From Octopus sinensis (taxonomy: Eukaryota), in assembly GCF_006345805.1 (NCBI RefSeq), contig NC_043014.1, forward strand, positions 17,918,001 through 17,982,000: a stretch of 64,000 bases of DNA, written 5' to 3'. A program made the position numbers and the translations under genes. The notes under the pieces were generated by a model, which did no database searches, was not told where the DNA came from, and worked only from the letters and a program-made list of their open reading frames with translations. Positions 1-14,182 of this stretch are shown here, in pieces. Positions within the stretch are counted from its first letter, which is position 1. Every line of letters starts with the position of its first letter.

Positions 1-1253
1 CTGTGCCATAAAACATTTGAAACACGTTTGTTTGACCTCTATTCTTTACTATATTCTTTTTATTCTTACCGTTACTATTTTGTTTTTCGTTATTATGAAA
101 TAAAGAATTTTATAGTGCAAATCGTCTACAAGCTTCTTGTCACTTAAGGTGAAAAAGAAAAAAAAAGGGATTTATTTCCTATTGTCTCAATAACGAGAGA
201 ATCGAGCTGAAAAGAAATGAGTGAGAGATAAGTTGTGAGAGGAAACAGAGAACGTGAAGGAGGACGAGTTTATGTGACAAGGGAACAAATACTCAATTGC
301 AAGGTAAAACGACATGTGTGTATTTATGTGTATATTAGAGGAGTTAAGTCGGTGTAAGTTGACAAAAGCTGTAGAGCTCTGGACACATCTTGCAAACATT
401 TACTTTCCGTCCTGCCTCAACATTTGAATGCTCAAATGCAACCAGATGAACAGAATTTGAATTCCAATCTATCAACATTAAACGTAACAGGTTGTTAGTT
501 GTTAGTACCATTGATGTACTGCCGTTGGCTAGAGTTTATACTCAAAATCATTACGGATATTCAGATTAAAAACCGTTACTATTAGAATCAAAATGAGAGA
601 TGAATCTTAAACTCTTTAAGGCATAAAGTTTTCTTCTCTTCTTAATCTCATCCTTAGATTTTCTTCTTTATGAGCCATAGGTCGATCAGCCGTATAGACA
701 TCCTCCTCCTGATGAGTTCTGGATGATGTTGGCATTTCGACCTACGTCAGCCCTGATCGAGCAGACCTATGATCAGAAGCTTTCCCGACATGACCATCCA
801 TTTTTTGGTGAATATCCAGTACTACATTATACAATATATATTTTTTAAAGACGGTAAGACTGTCGTTCGAAAGTGATTTGCTGTTGTTCCTAGCAAGTTG
901 AAAACCATATAGGAGCTTCCACGTTGATTCACTGTTCAGTTTTTCTGCAGTGATAATTACAATACAGGCGGATTTTGTGAATTCGGTTCCAGCGTGATAT
1001 CTCTTGTTCCTCTATATTTATTATTGGAGCTGCACATCCCAGCTCACTCTTCAAATTTAATGTCGCTATTAATGCTACTGTTATTTTTGTACAAATAGCT
1101 GTAATACACTCGGGTTGATACACATTTTTTTTTTTGTAAATAAAGGATTTCCAAGGAATCTTAAAATTTAAGGAAAGAAAGTAGAAAATTAAACAAAGTG
1201 ATGTAAAAGCAGCATTTTAGATATGGTAAGGGGATGATTTGGTAGAAACGGTT

Positions 1254-1677
1254 ACTCTTTTACTCTTTTACTTGTTTGTTTCAGTCATTTGACTGTGACC
1301 ATGCTGGAGCACAGCCTTTAGTCGAGCAAATCGACCCCAGGGCTTATTCTTTGTAAGCCTAGTACTTATTCTATCGGTCTCTTTTGCCGAACCGCTAAGT
1401 TACGGGAACGTAAACACACCAGCATCGGTTGTCAAGCGATTTTGTGTGTGTGTGTGTGTGGGGGGGGGACAAACACAGACACTCAAACATATACACATAC
1501 ATACATACATATATATGCATATATACGACGGGCTTCTTTCAGTTTCCAAATCCACTCACAAGGCTTTGATCGGCGCGAGGCTATAGTAGAAGACACTTGC
1601 CGAAGGTGCCACACAGTGGGACTGAACCCGGAACCATGTGGTTGGTAAGCAAGCTACTTACCACACAGCCACTCCTA
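1254..1677 (-). mobile_element. tRNA-derived SINE (octopus-type)
   Basis: Head ggagtggctgtgtggtaag...ggttccgggttcagtccc (A/B boxes) in reverse; body shared with other copies in the window. Confidence 0.9.
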
Positions 1678-3353
1678 GTACCGGGCCTAATAAAAAGACC
1701 TTGCGGTCGTTCCCAGTCTGAGTCCAAATATCATAGCAGGATGTTGGGGTTGCAATTTTATAACCGCATATGTGTGTGTATGTCTGTGTGGTTAGGAGAA
1801 TAACTAGCTGATATATATTAACAAGGGTGCGTGTCACAATCAATCTATTTTCTTTTAAAGTTTTTATCGTGTCATGTCTAAAGTAATCGTCACAGACTTC
1901 TTGTCCTAATGCTATAAATTTATTGGGGGTGCGTATATACGTATGTGTGTGTGTGTGTCTGTGTATGTGTGTGTGCGTGCAATGAAATCAAACTTGAAAC
2001 AGTATATAACTAGGTCTTGATTTTATCAAATCAAAAGAAGTAGAACAGAAAGACAACTTCTGAGAAATTTACTCTCGGAAACCAAAGAAAAGCAACTTAT
2101 TCCATGTTTTTTTTTTTGTTTTTCTCTAACATGAGAGTAAGTCAACAAATTTACAAGAAAATTGGTAAATATTGATTGTAATTTATTCCAGTGTATTAAC
2201 CAGTATTTATTTTATTGAAGATATCCGGAATATGAAACTCAGTCAAGCCGATTCAGGTAACAATTGAAATCAGAATGTTAAAGTATCAAGTGAATATTTA
2301 AGGCTTTTATCCCCCATTCCATATACTCTTTCGCTCCTCAGACATTAAAATAAAGCAAGTGACAGAAAATAGAAACAGAGAGGAGGGGAATGGATATTAA
2401 AATAGATAGAACAACATCAAAGATGCCTTGCAGTGTTGAGTTCAATTCTCAGTGTCGAGATTAATTCTAAGTTCAAATTCTCCTGACGATCTTTATATCT
2501 ATCAAACAGTTTGTGGTGCGTATCAAGCGGTACCAGCCTAATATTGGAGTTGATTTAATCATCAACACTCGTTCAAAAACCACATGTCGGCCAAGCCTTG
2601 TGCCTAAATTAGAAATCAATTAAATAGGAAAATGGTGACTGAAACGATTCACTTATTCTCAAACTTAACGCCAGCCTTAACACTGGAACTTGCCTATCAA
2701 TGATACTAAACAAAAATATTGAAATTATAACCCATTTATATTCTGAGGTTAAATCCTGTTGGACTTGAGGTTGCTTTTTCATTTCGCCGTAAAGAGTCAG
2801 TCAATACCGACATTATAGATATATTTATTTCACACACACACACACACGTGTATATACTGATACACACACACACATATCACGTATACATATATACATATAT
2901 ATATACACTAACACGCACACACGCATACACATGCACACGTGTGTATATATTGATATATATACACAGACATATATACACTAACACGCACACACGCATACAC
3001 ACACACTCAAACACTCTCTCACACACACACACACCTACACACATATTAATGTTTAGCAGAAACAACAGTGTAGCTGAAGGTCCGAGAGTTTCGTGTGTTG
3101 GTATTTATCAAAACGTTGGTTATCTCCCTTGTGTTTTTCTTTTTGCCTTCTTTATAATCGTCTGACAACTGAGAAACGGTCTTCTTTTCAGCTTGATAAA
3201 TGGCGGAACAAATTATTATTTCGACCAGGAAATCCTTGGTAGCTGTATTTACAAGATTTGCGTTGTTTTAATTTTAAAATTATCTTTACTCTCTTTGCTG
3301 ATCGAGTGCTTTTTTACTTGCTGAAGCATTACCACATAATACGAAGACTAAGG

Positions 3354-3504
3354 TAAATAGTCTAATATTGAGGCATATAAGCCCTCGACGGAAAAAAAGT
3401 AGGGTTTGCCATATGTATGGGACTCGAACCCACACGTTTATGCGTACGGCAAACCTTACTTCTTCTCCGTCGAGGGCTTGTAAGTCTCGATATTAGACTA
3501 TTTA
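3354..3504. repeat. Fold-back (~55-65-bp arms) with a B-box/T-arm-like loop
   Basis: aagccctcgacgga/tccgtcgagggctt; gggactcgaaccc at 3419-3431. Confidence 0.9.
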
Positions 3505-4375
3505 TCTGAGCCAATGAACGGTGATTGCTTATAAAACATTAATATATATATATATATATACTATTACTGCGAACTCTCCCGTCGTTAGACGACGTATGAG
3601 GGGGCTGCAATTTCTTGCCGAGAAACCACACATATGATTTGTTTATAGTGATCAAATGTTTGTGTACACATTAGCTCACTCCCTTCATCAAATCGACGTT
3701 ACCTGTACATGTGCACTGTGTGCCACCTGTAAGATGACGAAATGATCACAGGGAAACGTGAAATGAAGTGCTTTGCTCAAGAACAGAACGTAATGCCCGG
3801 TCTTGGTAGCGAATTCACGATCTGACTATCGCGAGTGCAACCCCCTAACCACTAAGCCATGCGCCTTCACACACACACACACGAAACTGGGGATGTGTAT
3901 GTGTGTGTAAACCCGCACAACTTCTGAACTTCGCAACTGATTTTCTCCAAACTGGGAACATACATTACTTATGTTCCACAGATCGTTTTAGATTCTGAAC
4001 ATTGTTCACATAATGAATAATGGAGCCTTTGGTATTCTATAATCTTTCGGCTACGAAAGTATGTTTTTGTATAAAGTATGTTTTTTGCACAACTCTTTTT
4101 TACTACAAAAGTAACCTCGATATGTGAGAGAGAAACATCAAAGTAACACCGAAGGAGACATGGAAAAGAGAGCAATCTGTTAAGAGAGTGAGAGATAGAG
4201 AGAGAGAGAGAGAGAACGAGAGAAAGAGAGAGAGAGTTAAGAAAAGCAGTAAATATTCAGGGGAGAGAGAGAAAGAGAGTTATGAGAGGTCACATTGTAT
4301 GCAATTCTGTCAATTACCACTCCTCACACTGCAGCCCTCAATAAGAGAAAGAGGTAGCAAGCATGAGGAGAGTCA

Positions 4376-4760
4376 TTGTATTGTGAGAGCGGAGTAATTC
4401 GTTTTCTCGGATTTTATCAAATTGGAACCGGACCGATTAAATTTCGTGAATCCCGTATAGATGTTGACACTCTCCGGGTACCCACGGTTCCTCATGCCAA
4501 GTTTGGTCAAAATCGGTTCAGCGGAAGCAAAGTAACTACAAAGTCAGGGACCGGTTTCACATACATTTAGCATTTGAATGCGGTCCTCTCAGATTGGAAT
4601 CGGACAGTTTAATTTTCGGGAATCGCATATAGATGCTGATACTCTCCCGATATCCACGGTTCCTCATGCCAAGTTGGGTCGAAATTGGTCCAGTGGTTGC
4701 GGAGGAGTTTGGTAACAAACTTTTAACACGGACACACCTAAATAGCGTAATTACAGATAG
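4376..4760 (+). mobile_element. Helitron-like non-autonomous element with two 172-bp internal units
   Basis: cacggttcctcatgccaag at 4483 and 4655. Confidence 0.55.
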
Positions 4761-5004
4761 ATACTGTTAATGACATCAGTAGCTGTATATAGTGAGAAAG
4801 TTTTAATCGGCATTCTACCAGGTGTATACCCCAAGTTATAGATACTTACTGTCACACACATATATATATATATTTACAGGCACAGGAGTGGCTGTGTGCT
4901 AAGTAGCTTGCTTACCAACCACATGGTTCCGGGTTTAGTCCCACTGCGTGGCACCTTGGGCAAGTGCCTTCTTCTGTAGCATCGGGCCGACCAAAGCCTT
5001 GTGA

Positions 5005-5700
5005 GGCAAAGTTGAGTTCGGCAGGATCTGAACTCAGTTCATAAAGAGCCGAAACAAATATTCTAAGGCTTTTCCGACGCTCTAACCATTCTATCAGCTC
5101 ACCGCCTTTAAACAATATCAAATAATTCTTTCTACTCTAGGCACAAGCCCTAAAATTTTGGGAGAGGCGCTAGTCACTTACATCGACCCCACTGTATTTT
5201 ATGCCCCCTCCCCATCACGAAAAGATGGAAGACAATCAATATGGACGGAACTTAACCTCGAATGAAAAAGGTGGACAAAGGACATTTTGCCCGACGTGTT
5301 AGCTATTCTGCCAGTTCACCGCCTTAAAGCGATATTAAATGATGATTTCAAATTTTTGCACAAGGCCAACAGTTCTAGGCATGCGTGGGCGTGGATGGTA
5401 AGTACAACGATTACGCTGACTTTAGTGTTCAACTGGTACTTATTTTATCGACTCCGAAAGCATTTTGCCCAGCGCGCTAACGATTCTTATTTCTCTATTG
5501 CCCACAAGGGGCTAAACATAGAGGGGACAAACAAAGGGATTACCTCGACCCTAGTGCGTAACTGGTACTTCATCTATCGACCTCGAAAGGATGAAAGGTA
5601 AAGTCGACCTCAGCGAAATTTGAACTCAGAACGTAACGGCAGACGAAAAACGGCTACGCATTTCGCCCGGCGTGCTAACGATTCTACCAGCTCGCCGTCA
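5005..5700 (-). mobile_element. Cluster of Nin/Inv-like SINE copies
   Basis: Reverse of head ggcgagctggcagaatcgttagc..gagttcaaattcc; further copies at ~24195, 25250, 30385, 40640, 42720-43370, 44130, 46545-46920, 47980, 51180, 55370-55760, 56330-56590, 57470-58120. Confidence 0.85.
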
Positions 5701-6192
5701 GGAAGAGGTATCCAATAATGAAATGAGAAAAAAAAATTCACCTTTTTAAATTTCTCTCAAGGGCCAAAACAACTGCTTATATGTTTTTTTCATTTATTCT
5801 GATTTTTTTTTCAATGGGTGAAATGTTAAAGCAACTTATAACCTATACACGGTATCTGTTGCTGGTGTGTGTGTGTGTATGTGTGTGGTTGAGAAAGTGT
5901 ACGTGTGTGTGCGCGCGCGCCGCGTGTGTGTGTGTGAGCGTACTTACTTGATGAAGTGAGTGTGGAAATGTATGCATTTGTGCATGCATGTGTGTGTCCT
6001 TTTTTCTGTATTTATATGCAATTCGATGTCACATGACTATGCGTATTGTTTGCTCTTATGTGTGCGTGCATGTGTGTGTGTGTGTGAATGTGTGTGAATG
6101 TGTTTGTGTGTCTGCGTGTCTGTGTATGTGTGGGTGCGCGAACGTACGATTATTTTTAACGTGCATAAGTACTTGACAGAAATTGCACTCAC

Positions 6193-6340
6193 CTTTGCGA
6201 TGTCCAGATTCCAGTAAGATCCGAGGGAAATGATAAAGTAACTGTTTCCTGACTAATGTCTGCCAAAATCGACTCACAAACGGGTTTCATATCCAACGAT
6301 TTGAGGCCATTGCAGATCGGTAAAATAGCAATCAAAGAAA
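6193..6340 (-). CDS. APCDD1: Internal coding exon (phase 1 in, phase 2 out) of an APCDD1-like gene; encodes (V)SLIAILPICNGLKSLDMKPVCESILADISQETVTLSFPSDLTGIWTSQ(R)
   Basis: Minus-strand acceptor ttttaatttattctattatccag and consensus donor AAG|gtgagt around an open 148-nt frame. The peptide has a signal-peptide end, then C..IL..I...TVTLSFPSDLTGIWTSQR, resembling human APCDD1 [30 protein letters not shown] (recalled). As recalled, human exon 2 has the same phases and also ends just before CEVR. No search run. Confidence 0.8.
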
Positions 6341-6629
6341 CTGGATAATAGAATAAATTAAAAATAAAAATAAAACAATATGTTATTACACCAGCAAGAT
6401 AACAATACAATAAATGAAAATATTAACAACAAAATTTAAAAACATATAAAACAAAACAAGAAACATATTAGAAATATAAATTAATACAAGAAGCAATTTC
6501 CATACACTGTGATGAGGGCTGGAGTTAGGATTCATTTCGCTATGGAGATTGTTTGATGCAAGGGTGGAGAAGAAATTACTAACACTTAAACACATCCGAT
6601 ATATTGCATCATGTCATCGTCGTCGTCGG

Positions 6630-7330
6630 TCGACGTTGACTGTTCTGTTCAGAAATTATCTCTGACAGGCTCGCATCTGGGCTACAAGGCCTGATCTTGA
6701 TCTGTAACAGCGATAACATCTGCTACAGGTGAACTTACTTGACGCAGAGAAGAAGTGACGCCTCTCATGTGCTCTTTTTTATTCTCTGTGTTGTTTCTAC
6801 TCAAGGGCTGGAAATACGAGCTTCAGCATTCGGTGCCATTTATCGCGCCTCGAGGCCTTCTCCTCTCAGATGTCAGATGGTGGGGTACCGGAGTTCTTCA
6901 TATGTCATTTTCAGCATATTCTTGTATCGCAATCTCTGGCCACCACGCCTCTTTCTGCCCTGACGCAGCTCAGCGTAGAAAACTGCCTTTGTGTGCCTAC
7001 TGCCCACCATCCTGCATATAGGTCTCACCCAGCACAGCTGCGATGAGGTAATGAGGACCTCCACACTAACTGCACCCGTGCGGCGCAAGGCCTCTGCATC
7101 TTGAATGCGACCCCGCCATTTGACATGCAAGATGGAGCGGAGATGACGAAGCTTGACTTGCGTCGGGGCCTTGGTGTGCCGGCCGAAGCGAGCCATGCAT
7201 TCCGTGGCGTAGAGGATGCAAGGTAACACTACAGCACTGCACACCTTTATCGTCGTGTTGCCGGCAGTGTCGTGGCCGAGATTAACTTTTCGTTACTTGC
7301 GTGAAAGAATCTGAAACTGCCAAAGGTCAC
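6630..7330 (-). mobile_element. RTE-clade LINE 3' fragment
   Basis: AVVLPCILYATE, LRHLRSILHVKWR, GRKRRGGQRLRYK motifs; 3' end with (GAC)n-like tail. Confidence 0.85.
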
Positions 7331-7712
7331 AAGTCTCGAAGACATTGGATAGAACACGGACGATTGGTTGTCGTTTGTTGGTATTTCTTGTACACAAAAC
7401 CATGAAAAGAAGTGGCATTATGCATTCCTCCCAAAGCCCAATACACGCGTTGAAAGGTTTCGACTTGGCACCATTTATGTGAACACAAACATGTGGGCGT
7501 ATGAATCGAATGATAGATGCCTCGAGTTAAACTTCCAGAACGAGAAGAACGAGAATCAATATTACTATCGAAGAACAACTTTTATTATTATACCACATCC
7601 ACCAACAACACTCCACAATAATAAAAACCATAACAAAAAACTACAACAGCAATAAACATCACAACTGCAACAGTAACAAAAAAACAAAAACAATTTCTTC
7701 TGAAGTAACAAA

Positions 7713-7827
7713 CGATACCACCACCACCACCACAGCAACAACAATAAAGTACCCTATAAAAATAGGGTACTTTCCTTGTTAGTTTTTGTTAGTTGTTATT
7801 GTTGTTGCTGTGGTGGTGGTGGTATCG
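7713..7827. repeat. Nested fold-back
   Basis: cgataccaccacc..caacaataa and inverse; inner aaagtaccctat-aaaa-atagggtacttt. Confidence 0.85.
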
Positions 7828-8346
7828 TGGAGAAAAAGAAAAACAATCACCACCATCACAGCGAGACAAGTCATAAGACAACACTACTGCAACCCGAACA
7901 AGCACCATTATAACTACTGCAACAATTTCTATACCACTGATTGATTCCATAAGAGTGAAGTCACGTGGCCTAGTAGTTAGGGTGTTGCACTCACGATTGC
8001 CAGATCGTTGTTTCGATTCACAGCTCGCTTGATGAAAACACTTCGTTTCCGGTTGCTGCAGTGCATTCAGCTGGCGTATAAGTGTCAGATGTTGACTCAG
8101 GGTGAAAATCCCCTGAACGGATGTCTCGCGAGTAACGTTTTGTATTCAGCGAACGAAAGTATGAATAGCCAACCCTCAATCAATCCAGACTGTTTGGAAT
8201 TTTTCAACAACGTCAAAGGATGATGATTAAGAAAAACCTCCACAATCACAAAATAAACACCTTCCACGCAGCAATGTTTGGTTTCAGCACACGATCTCAG
8301 ATCAAGTCACTTGCTATGCAAGTACATCTCCGTAATATATATATAT

Positions 8347-8429
<83 letters not shown>

Positions 8430-8824
8430 TGATAGCTAGAAACACACGCACGCAAATACATATATTTCTATGCGCGCGTGCGTTCAAGTATAACTTCCTC
8501 CATTTTAACGGACTTCAGAATAAATGACGGCCAAATTGAAGACAGTTTGTCGCCACAGCTTTTAAATGAAGCGCGGCATTCTCTGGTAGGGTCGACGAAA
8601 GGGCGAGGAAAAAAATCGCTACACCGTACGTATTTAGAATAAACATTTATCTATGTGACAGGTCAGACAAACACGCGCACGCGCAAACACTCACACACGC
8701 ACACACGTACACGCACACACTTGTCGAGTTTCGTAAAGCATTCACCTGTAGCTCTGTAACTATTTTTCTTTACTCGTCTACGTTATGAATCTCTGTGTAT
8801 GTATGTTAGTATGTCTGTATGTCT

Positions 8825-8884
<60 letters not shown>

Positions 8885-9432
8885 AATATATATATATATG
8901 TATATATATATATCTTTATATATATACGCATATATATATATATATATTTACACACACGTAAATATACTTATTGATATATATATATGATATGTGTATGTAA
9001 TATACACAGAAATATATATGTGTGTGTGTGAGTGTGCATGCCTCAAATTATGTTTGCGTTCTATTGACTACAGAATGTAGTAAATATAATTTTGCATTCC
9101 CAAAGGCAGAGGTGAGGAACTTGAAGTCTTAAGACTGCATTTAAACGTCTTATGGATTAAGTGCAACCTTCTGAAGAGGAAGTGTAACTCTCTAAGGTAA
9201 AAATTAGGAATATAGACGTATCCTTAGTTGCATACATACACCACACACACATAAACAACTGTATATGTACATATACTTATCAAAAACATTCACTTACACA
9301 CACACACATGTATATTTACGTGCATGCATAAATATACATATCAATATATATAAATATATAGTAATATATACGTGAAAAGGTTGGATTATAATTGGTCCTT
9401 TTATTTTGGAGGGTTCCAAAAAACGATATCTA

Positions 9433-9472
<40 letters not shown>

Positions 9473-9679
9473 TACACACACACAAGTACACAGATAGAGT
9501 AAAGAAGTTGCAGTGCTCAAACGATTTGAACTTACACTCCGAAGTGTTTATCAAGGCTTAGGACCGCGGTGTGAGGATCGGCTATAAGAGGAATCCAAGT
9601 AAGCTTATAAGGAGATAGTAATACAAATAATCACGCTTGGGCTTGATATATAAAATATTCATACATATATATATATATA

Positions 9680-10270
9680 TACACATGTAAATATATATAG
9701 GGATATATATTGAGAGAAACAAAAATTGAAAATATTCAAAAGATGAACACTTGTGTATATGTATGTAGATATTTATATATTTGCAGAACAAATTTACATG
9801 GAGTACAAAAAGTACAGTAAAATAAGGGGAGAAAATATGGTATGGTATTTCAAGTCAGACAGCTGTTTCTGGGGTCCGTACTTACGTAATAGTTTTGATG
9901 TTAGATGGAGTGTGCAAAAAGTCTAAGACATGCAAACAGTAATGGATGCATATAAATATTACGGTTAACCCAGCCTCCTTCGTCATGGGGGAAAGATCGG
10001 CAACTGTCCTTTGCAAGTTGCCGATCTTTGACTTCTTGCACACTCTGTCTGTGAAATTACAACTGTCAGAATATTCCGAGTCCCCGGAAACAATTGTTGG
10101 ACCTGAAATACCATGCCCTTTCCCCTTAGTTTTCTATATTTTTTGTACTCCATGTAAATTTCTGCTATAAATATATAAATATCTATATGCTTATATACGA
10201 ATGTTCATCTGAATAATTTCTGTCTTTGTTTCTCTCTCTATATATATCCCTATGTATATTTACATGTGAA
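9680..10270. repeat. Diverged fold-back (~240-bp arms) with central 14-bp perfect hairpin
   Basis: aaatttacatggagtacaaaaa vs inverse; aaagatcggcaact/agttgccgatcttt. Confidence 0.85.
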
Positions 10271-10523
10271 TATGTATGCATTTTTATCTATCCAACCAGA
10301 GCGTGTTTATTTGTATCACTATCTCTTTATACTTGCATATATACATATGTGTATTTACATGTATGTGTGTGTGTGTGATTGTGTGTATGATATTTTTTAT
10401 GTACACGTTGCTTCTTTGTCCGTCTATGTATAAGTGTTTGCTATCAGCTACGCTAATATAATGCATTCCTTGATAACATCCGTAAACGCTGACAGGAATA
10501 TCTTTTATCACTATCTTTATTAT

Positions 10524-11560
10524 TCATGGTTTTAGAAATTCATCAAGGCTTTCCTTTCTTAAATGATAATGACGTACATCGCAGAAAACATACATAAACA
10601 TGATCAAGGTCAATAAATTCTGAGCTGCAAGCAATGCTCTCACAATATTCTCAGAACTTACTATTACTTCACATATCAATGTAATCGCCACAGATTTTCT
10701 ATAGAAAAGCCAGCGCTGATATTTGTTACGACGTTTCGTATCCGAGACGCCCGATGTAAACAATAGCAATGCAATCGAAGATGAAAAATGATATATTTCA
10801 GGAATTTTTGCTCCTTTAAAAACATTCCTGCAACCCATTGATCATTCACGAACTCATTACGTAACTCATTCCTGGAAGTTGGTACGTAAATATTAATGAC
10901 TTATGGGGACACTGTATTTCATTATGCAACCATGGTATATTACAAAGTATATTAAACGCTTTTATAAGTCAATGCAGTGTTCAACTGTGTTAGCAGAGCT
11001 ATTACATCGCTTGTTAAAGTTATCTCTGCAAATTCCCCCTGAAATTAAAGCCAGCACTGATTTTTAGTTACGACGTTTCGTATCCGAGACGCCAGATGTA
11101 AGCAACAACGATGACATCGAAGATAAAAAATGGGAAATAGGCGTATATGACATCTTGGTTGTTATACAAGCAATGTGTTCGTAGATGATTAAGGGGTTAG
11201 ATGGGTGCTGATGATGAGTGCGCATGTCATATACGCCCATTATCCATTATGCAGCACCCATGTTTCAGTAAGATTATATGCACATTTTAAACATATATTC
11301 TTTTATAGGACATTCTTGTAGTCTAAGTTTTGTAATAAGTCTAAGTTCTTTGGGTACTGGAGATAAATTCGGGCAATTGTCGCGCTGATGAAGGCTATTG
11401 AGCCCGAATTTCGTATCCAAAAACAGTCCTCATATCTCCAGACCAGAAGCATGTCCCTTTCTTTAATGACGCGACAGTTTTGGACGATTATTGAATCTTG
11501 AGATTATCCCCACTTTTGAAGTGGAGCCCGTCGAAATTACCATTTGGTGACTATGATACA
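10524..11560 (-). mobile_element. Decayed Penelope-like element with ~85-bp direct repeat (10706-10790 / 11047-11132)
   Basis: Direct repeat visible; weak GIY-YIG C-terminal resemblance on minus strand; CTGATGA + GGCT/AGCC stem at 11385. Confidence 0.5.
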
Positions 11561-11769
11561 TATTCTTGAAGCGGAGATAATATTAATTAAACAAACATTT
11601 TTGTTGTAAGGTATTTAACATCTCGGTATTAGTTTTAGTTATTCAAATACACTCTGCTGTTCAATTGCAGTAATTTCTCTTTACTCATTTTTTGCTGACG
11701 CACACACATTTTTACAAACCTATATATAAATAGCTATTTACATAGAAATACATAAATGTGAGCCATAGA

Positions 11770-12140
11770 ATGCCCCTCGATTTCTAATTTTTTATTTGCA
11801 GGTCCCATAGACGATCGCAGTACCAGTCAGTCCAACGCCTTTTCCAGATCAAGATGAATAAAAGGGTAATTTGTTCTGCAAAGTGAGAAGAAATCCAAAG
11901 ATATAATATTCTTTATGCTTAGTATTTCATTGCCTACTGCCATCCTGCCTTCCAATAATTGTGGTATTTCCGTTCTTTTCAAGGCTTTAGAATTTCGCCA
12001 TGACCCTGGGAAGGTGGATAACGAGTGTTATGCCTTGCCAAATGGCAAAGCATGGCTTTGTCCGGCATTGCTTATTGAATATTCCCAGTAACCTATATAC
12101 CTACTGGAATTCCTCTATCCGCAAACAGAGGACCTGGTGG
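11770..12140 (-). mobile_element. Decayed LINE RT remnant (probably I/jockey group)
   Basis: FIHLDLEKALD motif followed by KLEIEG; stops and frameshifts. Confidence 0.5.
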
Positions 12141-12498
12141 GCGGGAGTTTTCATCATCACACTATTTTATACATACACACATACATACACACATACACAC
12201 ATACATACATAATACATACATAATGCATACATACATACAAAATATATACATGTACACACGCGCGCACACACTCACATACCCAGACTATATATATATATGT
12301 AAAGGTAAGATCTAGGAGACCGAGGTGTATGAAGATAACAAGCTTCGAGTAGTCTGTAGAAGGTATAGAAAGAAACTTTCAGGAACAATATTGGGTTATT
12401 GACGTTGGAGGTTGTAAAATTTTCCCACATCGAAAAGCTGAAAAAAACTGTTTTATAGCTTACGGTTAGCAACAGGGATTGCTGTGTATGCGATTAGA

Positions 12499-12717
12499 AA
12501 TCCAAAATTTAGGGAATGGAGTAGATAAAACCCAGGCTACATATGTTTCATAGCTAGAAGAACCTCGGACGTAGTACCTTTCACCAAAGTATCTTTGGTT
12601 CGACAAGTAGCTAGCGTATTACCCCTCATTTGGATAATTCCTACTGCCGAGGGGCTGCTAGCTATGAAACATATATGTAGCCTGGATTTTATCTACTCCA
12701 TTCCATAATTTTGGATT
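12499..12717. mobile_element. MITE-like element with ~70-bp TIRs
   Basis: aatccaaaatt..gaatggagtagataaaa..ggctacata..gtttcatagctag and its inverse. Confidence 0.85.
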
Positions 12718-13204
12718 ATATATATATATATATATATACATAAATCATGTTTATATATATATGATGGAGCTGATCGCAATATATGAAAGAGTGCATTGGA
12801 GGACACGGGGTTTCCAGTTTATTTAGCATTTGTTTGTTTAATATTCAACGAGTTAAAATTAGAAAAAATAAATATTTGTTTCTTAGATTCGGAATTGTGT
12901 CAGACAAGAATTTACCATACTTATTTACTTATATACTGAAAAAGTTTTAAGAATAGCAAAACTAAATGAAACCCAATATTCTGTTACACACACACACACA
13001 CACACACACACCACACACACACACACACACACATTTATTTATACACATATGCCATTTATACACTTTAAATTTTATATCCTCAATAAGAATTTATTGAGCA
13101 CATTCGTAAACAACAACAACAACAACAACTACTACTACTACTACTAGTTACTACTACCACCACTACTACTACTACTATACACACGCATACACACTTGTGT
13201 GTGT

Positions 13205-13330
13205 GTTGGAAAAGCATTTGATAGCGTTGATTACAATATATTATGAAATGTACTGAAGCCCATCACTTTCTTTGGTACATCTCTTGCTACCGCCGGACGA
13301 TATTCCATATAATACTATAATGTGAACAAC
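13205..13330 (+). mobile_element. Short RT remnant
   Basis: KAFDSVDYNIL motif only. Confidence 0.4.
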
Positions 13331-14182
13331 ATACATGTTTTTGTGATTGAGAAGAGTGTAAGTCAACGATTTATACATTCACCTGTTTATTTATTTCATA
13401 TAGCAAAATGGTTTTGGCTCCATGAGAAATGATGGAAGTGATTCAGCCGATTCTTGTTAGGAATGAGGTATACAACCAGATCTAGAAACCCACTTTGGGA
13501 ATTATTACAGTGCTTAACATATAAATTCTCTTAGTGTAAGTGACTCTGTTTTATACTGTTATACATATGAGGGATGAATATCGTACTGCGTTGAACGCTT
13601 CTGTACTTAGCAGATAACTTGCTGCAAAGGATGTAATAGTAATGGAGATTAATTAGCCGTAATTGATTTATCTAATAAACATAACTGATTGGCTGCGCGT
13701 GCAAACGTATGTAAGGCCTATTTTTACACTGCTTCCTTATTGAGTCCATAGGGCCGAAATTGATATCTCCTTAGTGTGGTTTGAAACATGACATAAAATA
13801 TTTATATTGGGTGGTGGATCAGCAGAATCGTTAGATTCTCCAGTATTTCTACTACTTAAGTTCTGAGTTCAAATGCCACCGAGGTCAGCTTTGCCTGCCA
13901 TTCTTTCAGAAAAGGAAGTATCAGTCAAATACTGGGTCAATACTAATTAACCATTAAGCCTCAACATTGCTAGCCTGTTGTACAAATTAGAAAAAAAAAA
14001 AAGAATATTGAAATGGCTTTTGTTCATAAACTTTAAGCAATGCGAACAGACAAAATATGGCGAATTTATGATTTGAAACCAAGACCTTTCGTATACATTT
14101 GGAGAATATATCAGTGGATAAAAACATCACAATTATTTGTTTTTTTGCTTTACACGTATTGGTATTATTGTTCCGATGACGC

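Noticed and set aside
187-399. Minus-strand AG|ATGT (R-C) as the next APCDD1 exon
   Set aside because: Poor acceptor and RCVQSSTAF does not match CEVR.GPEF
951-1098. Plus-strand acceptor followed by a hydrophobic C-terminal-like peptide (DNYNTGGFCEFG..LLMLLLFLYK*)
   Set aside because: No recognisable homology or partner exons; AT-rich DNA gives hydrophobic peptides by chance
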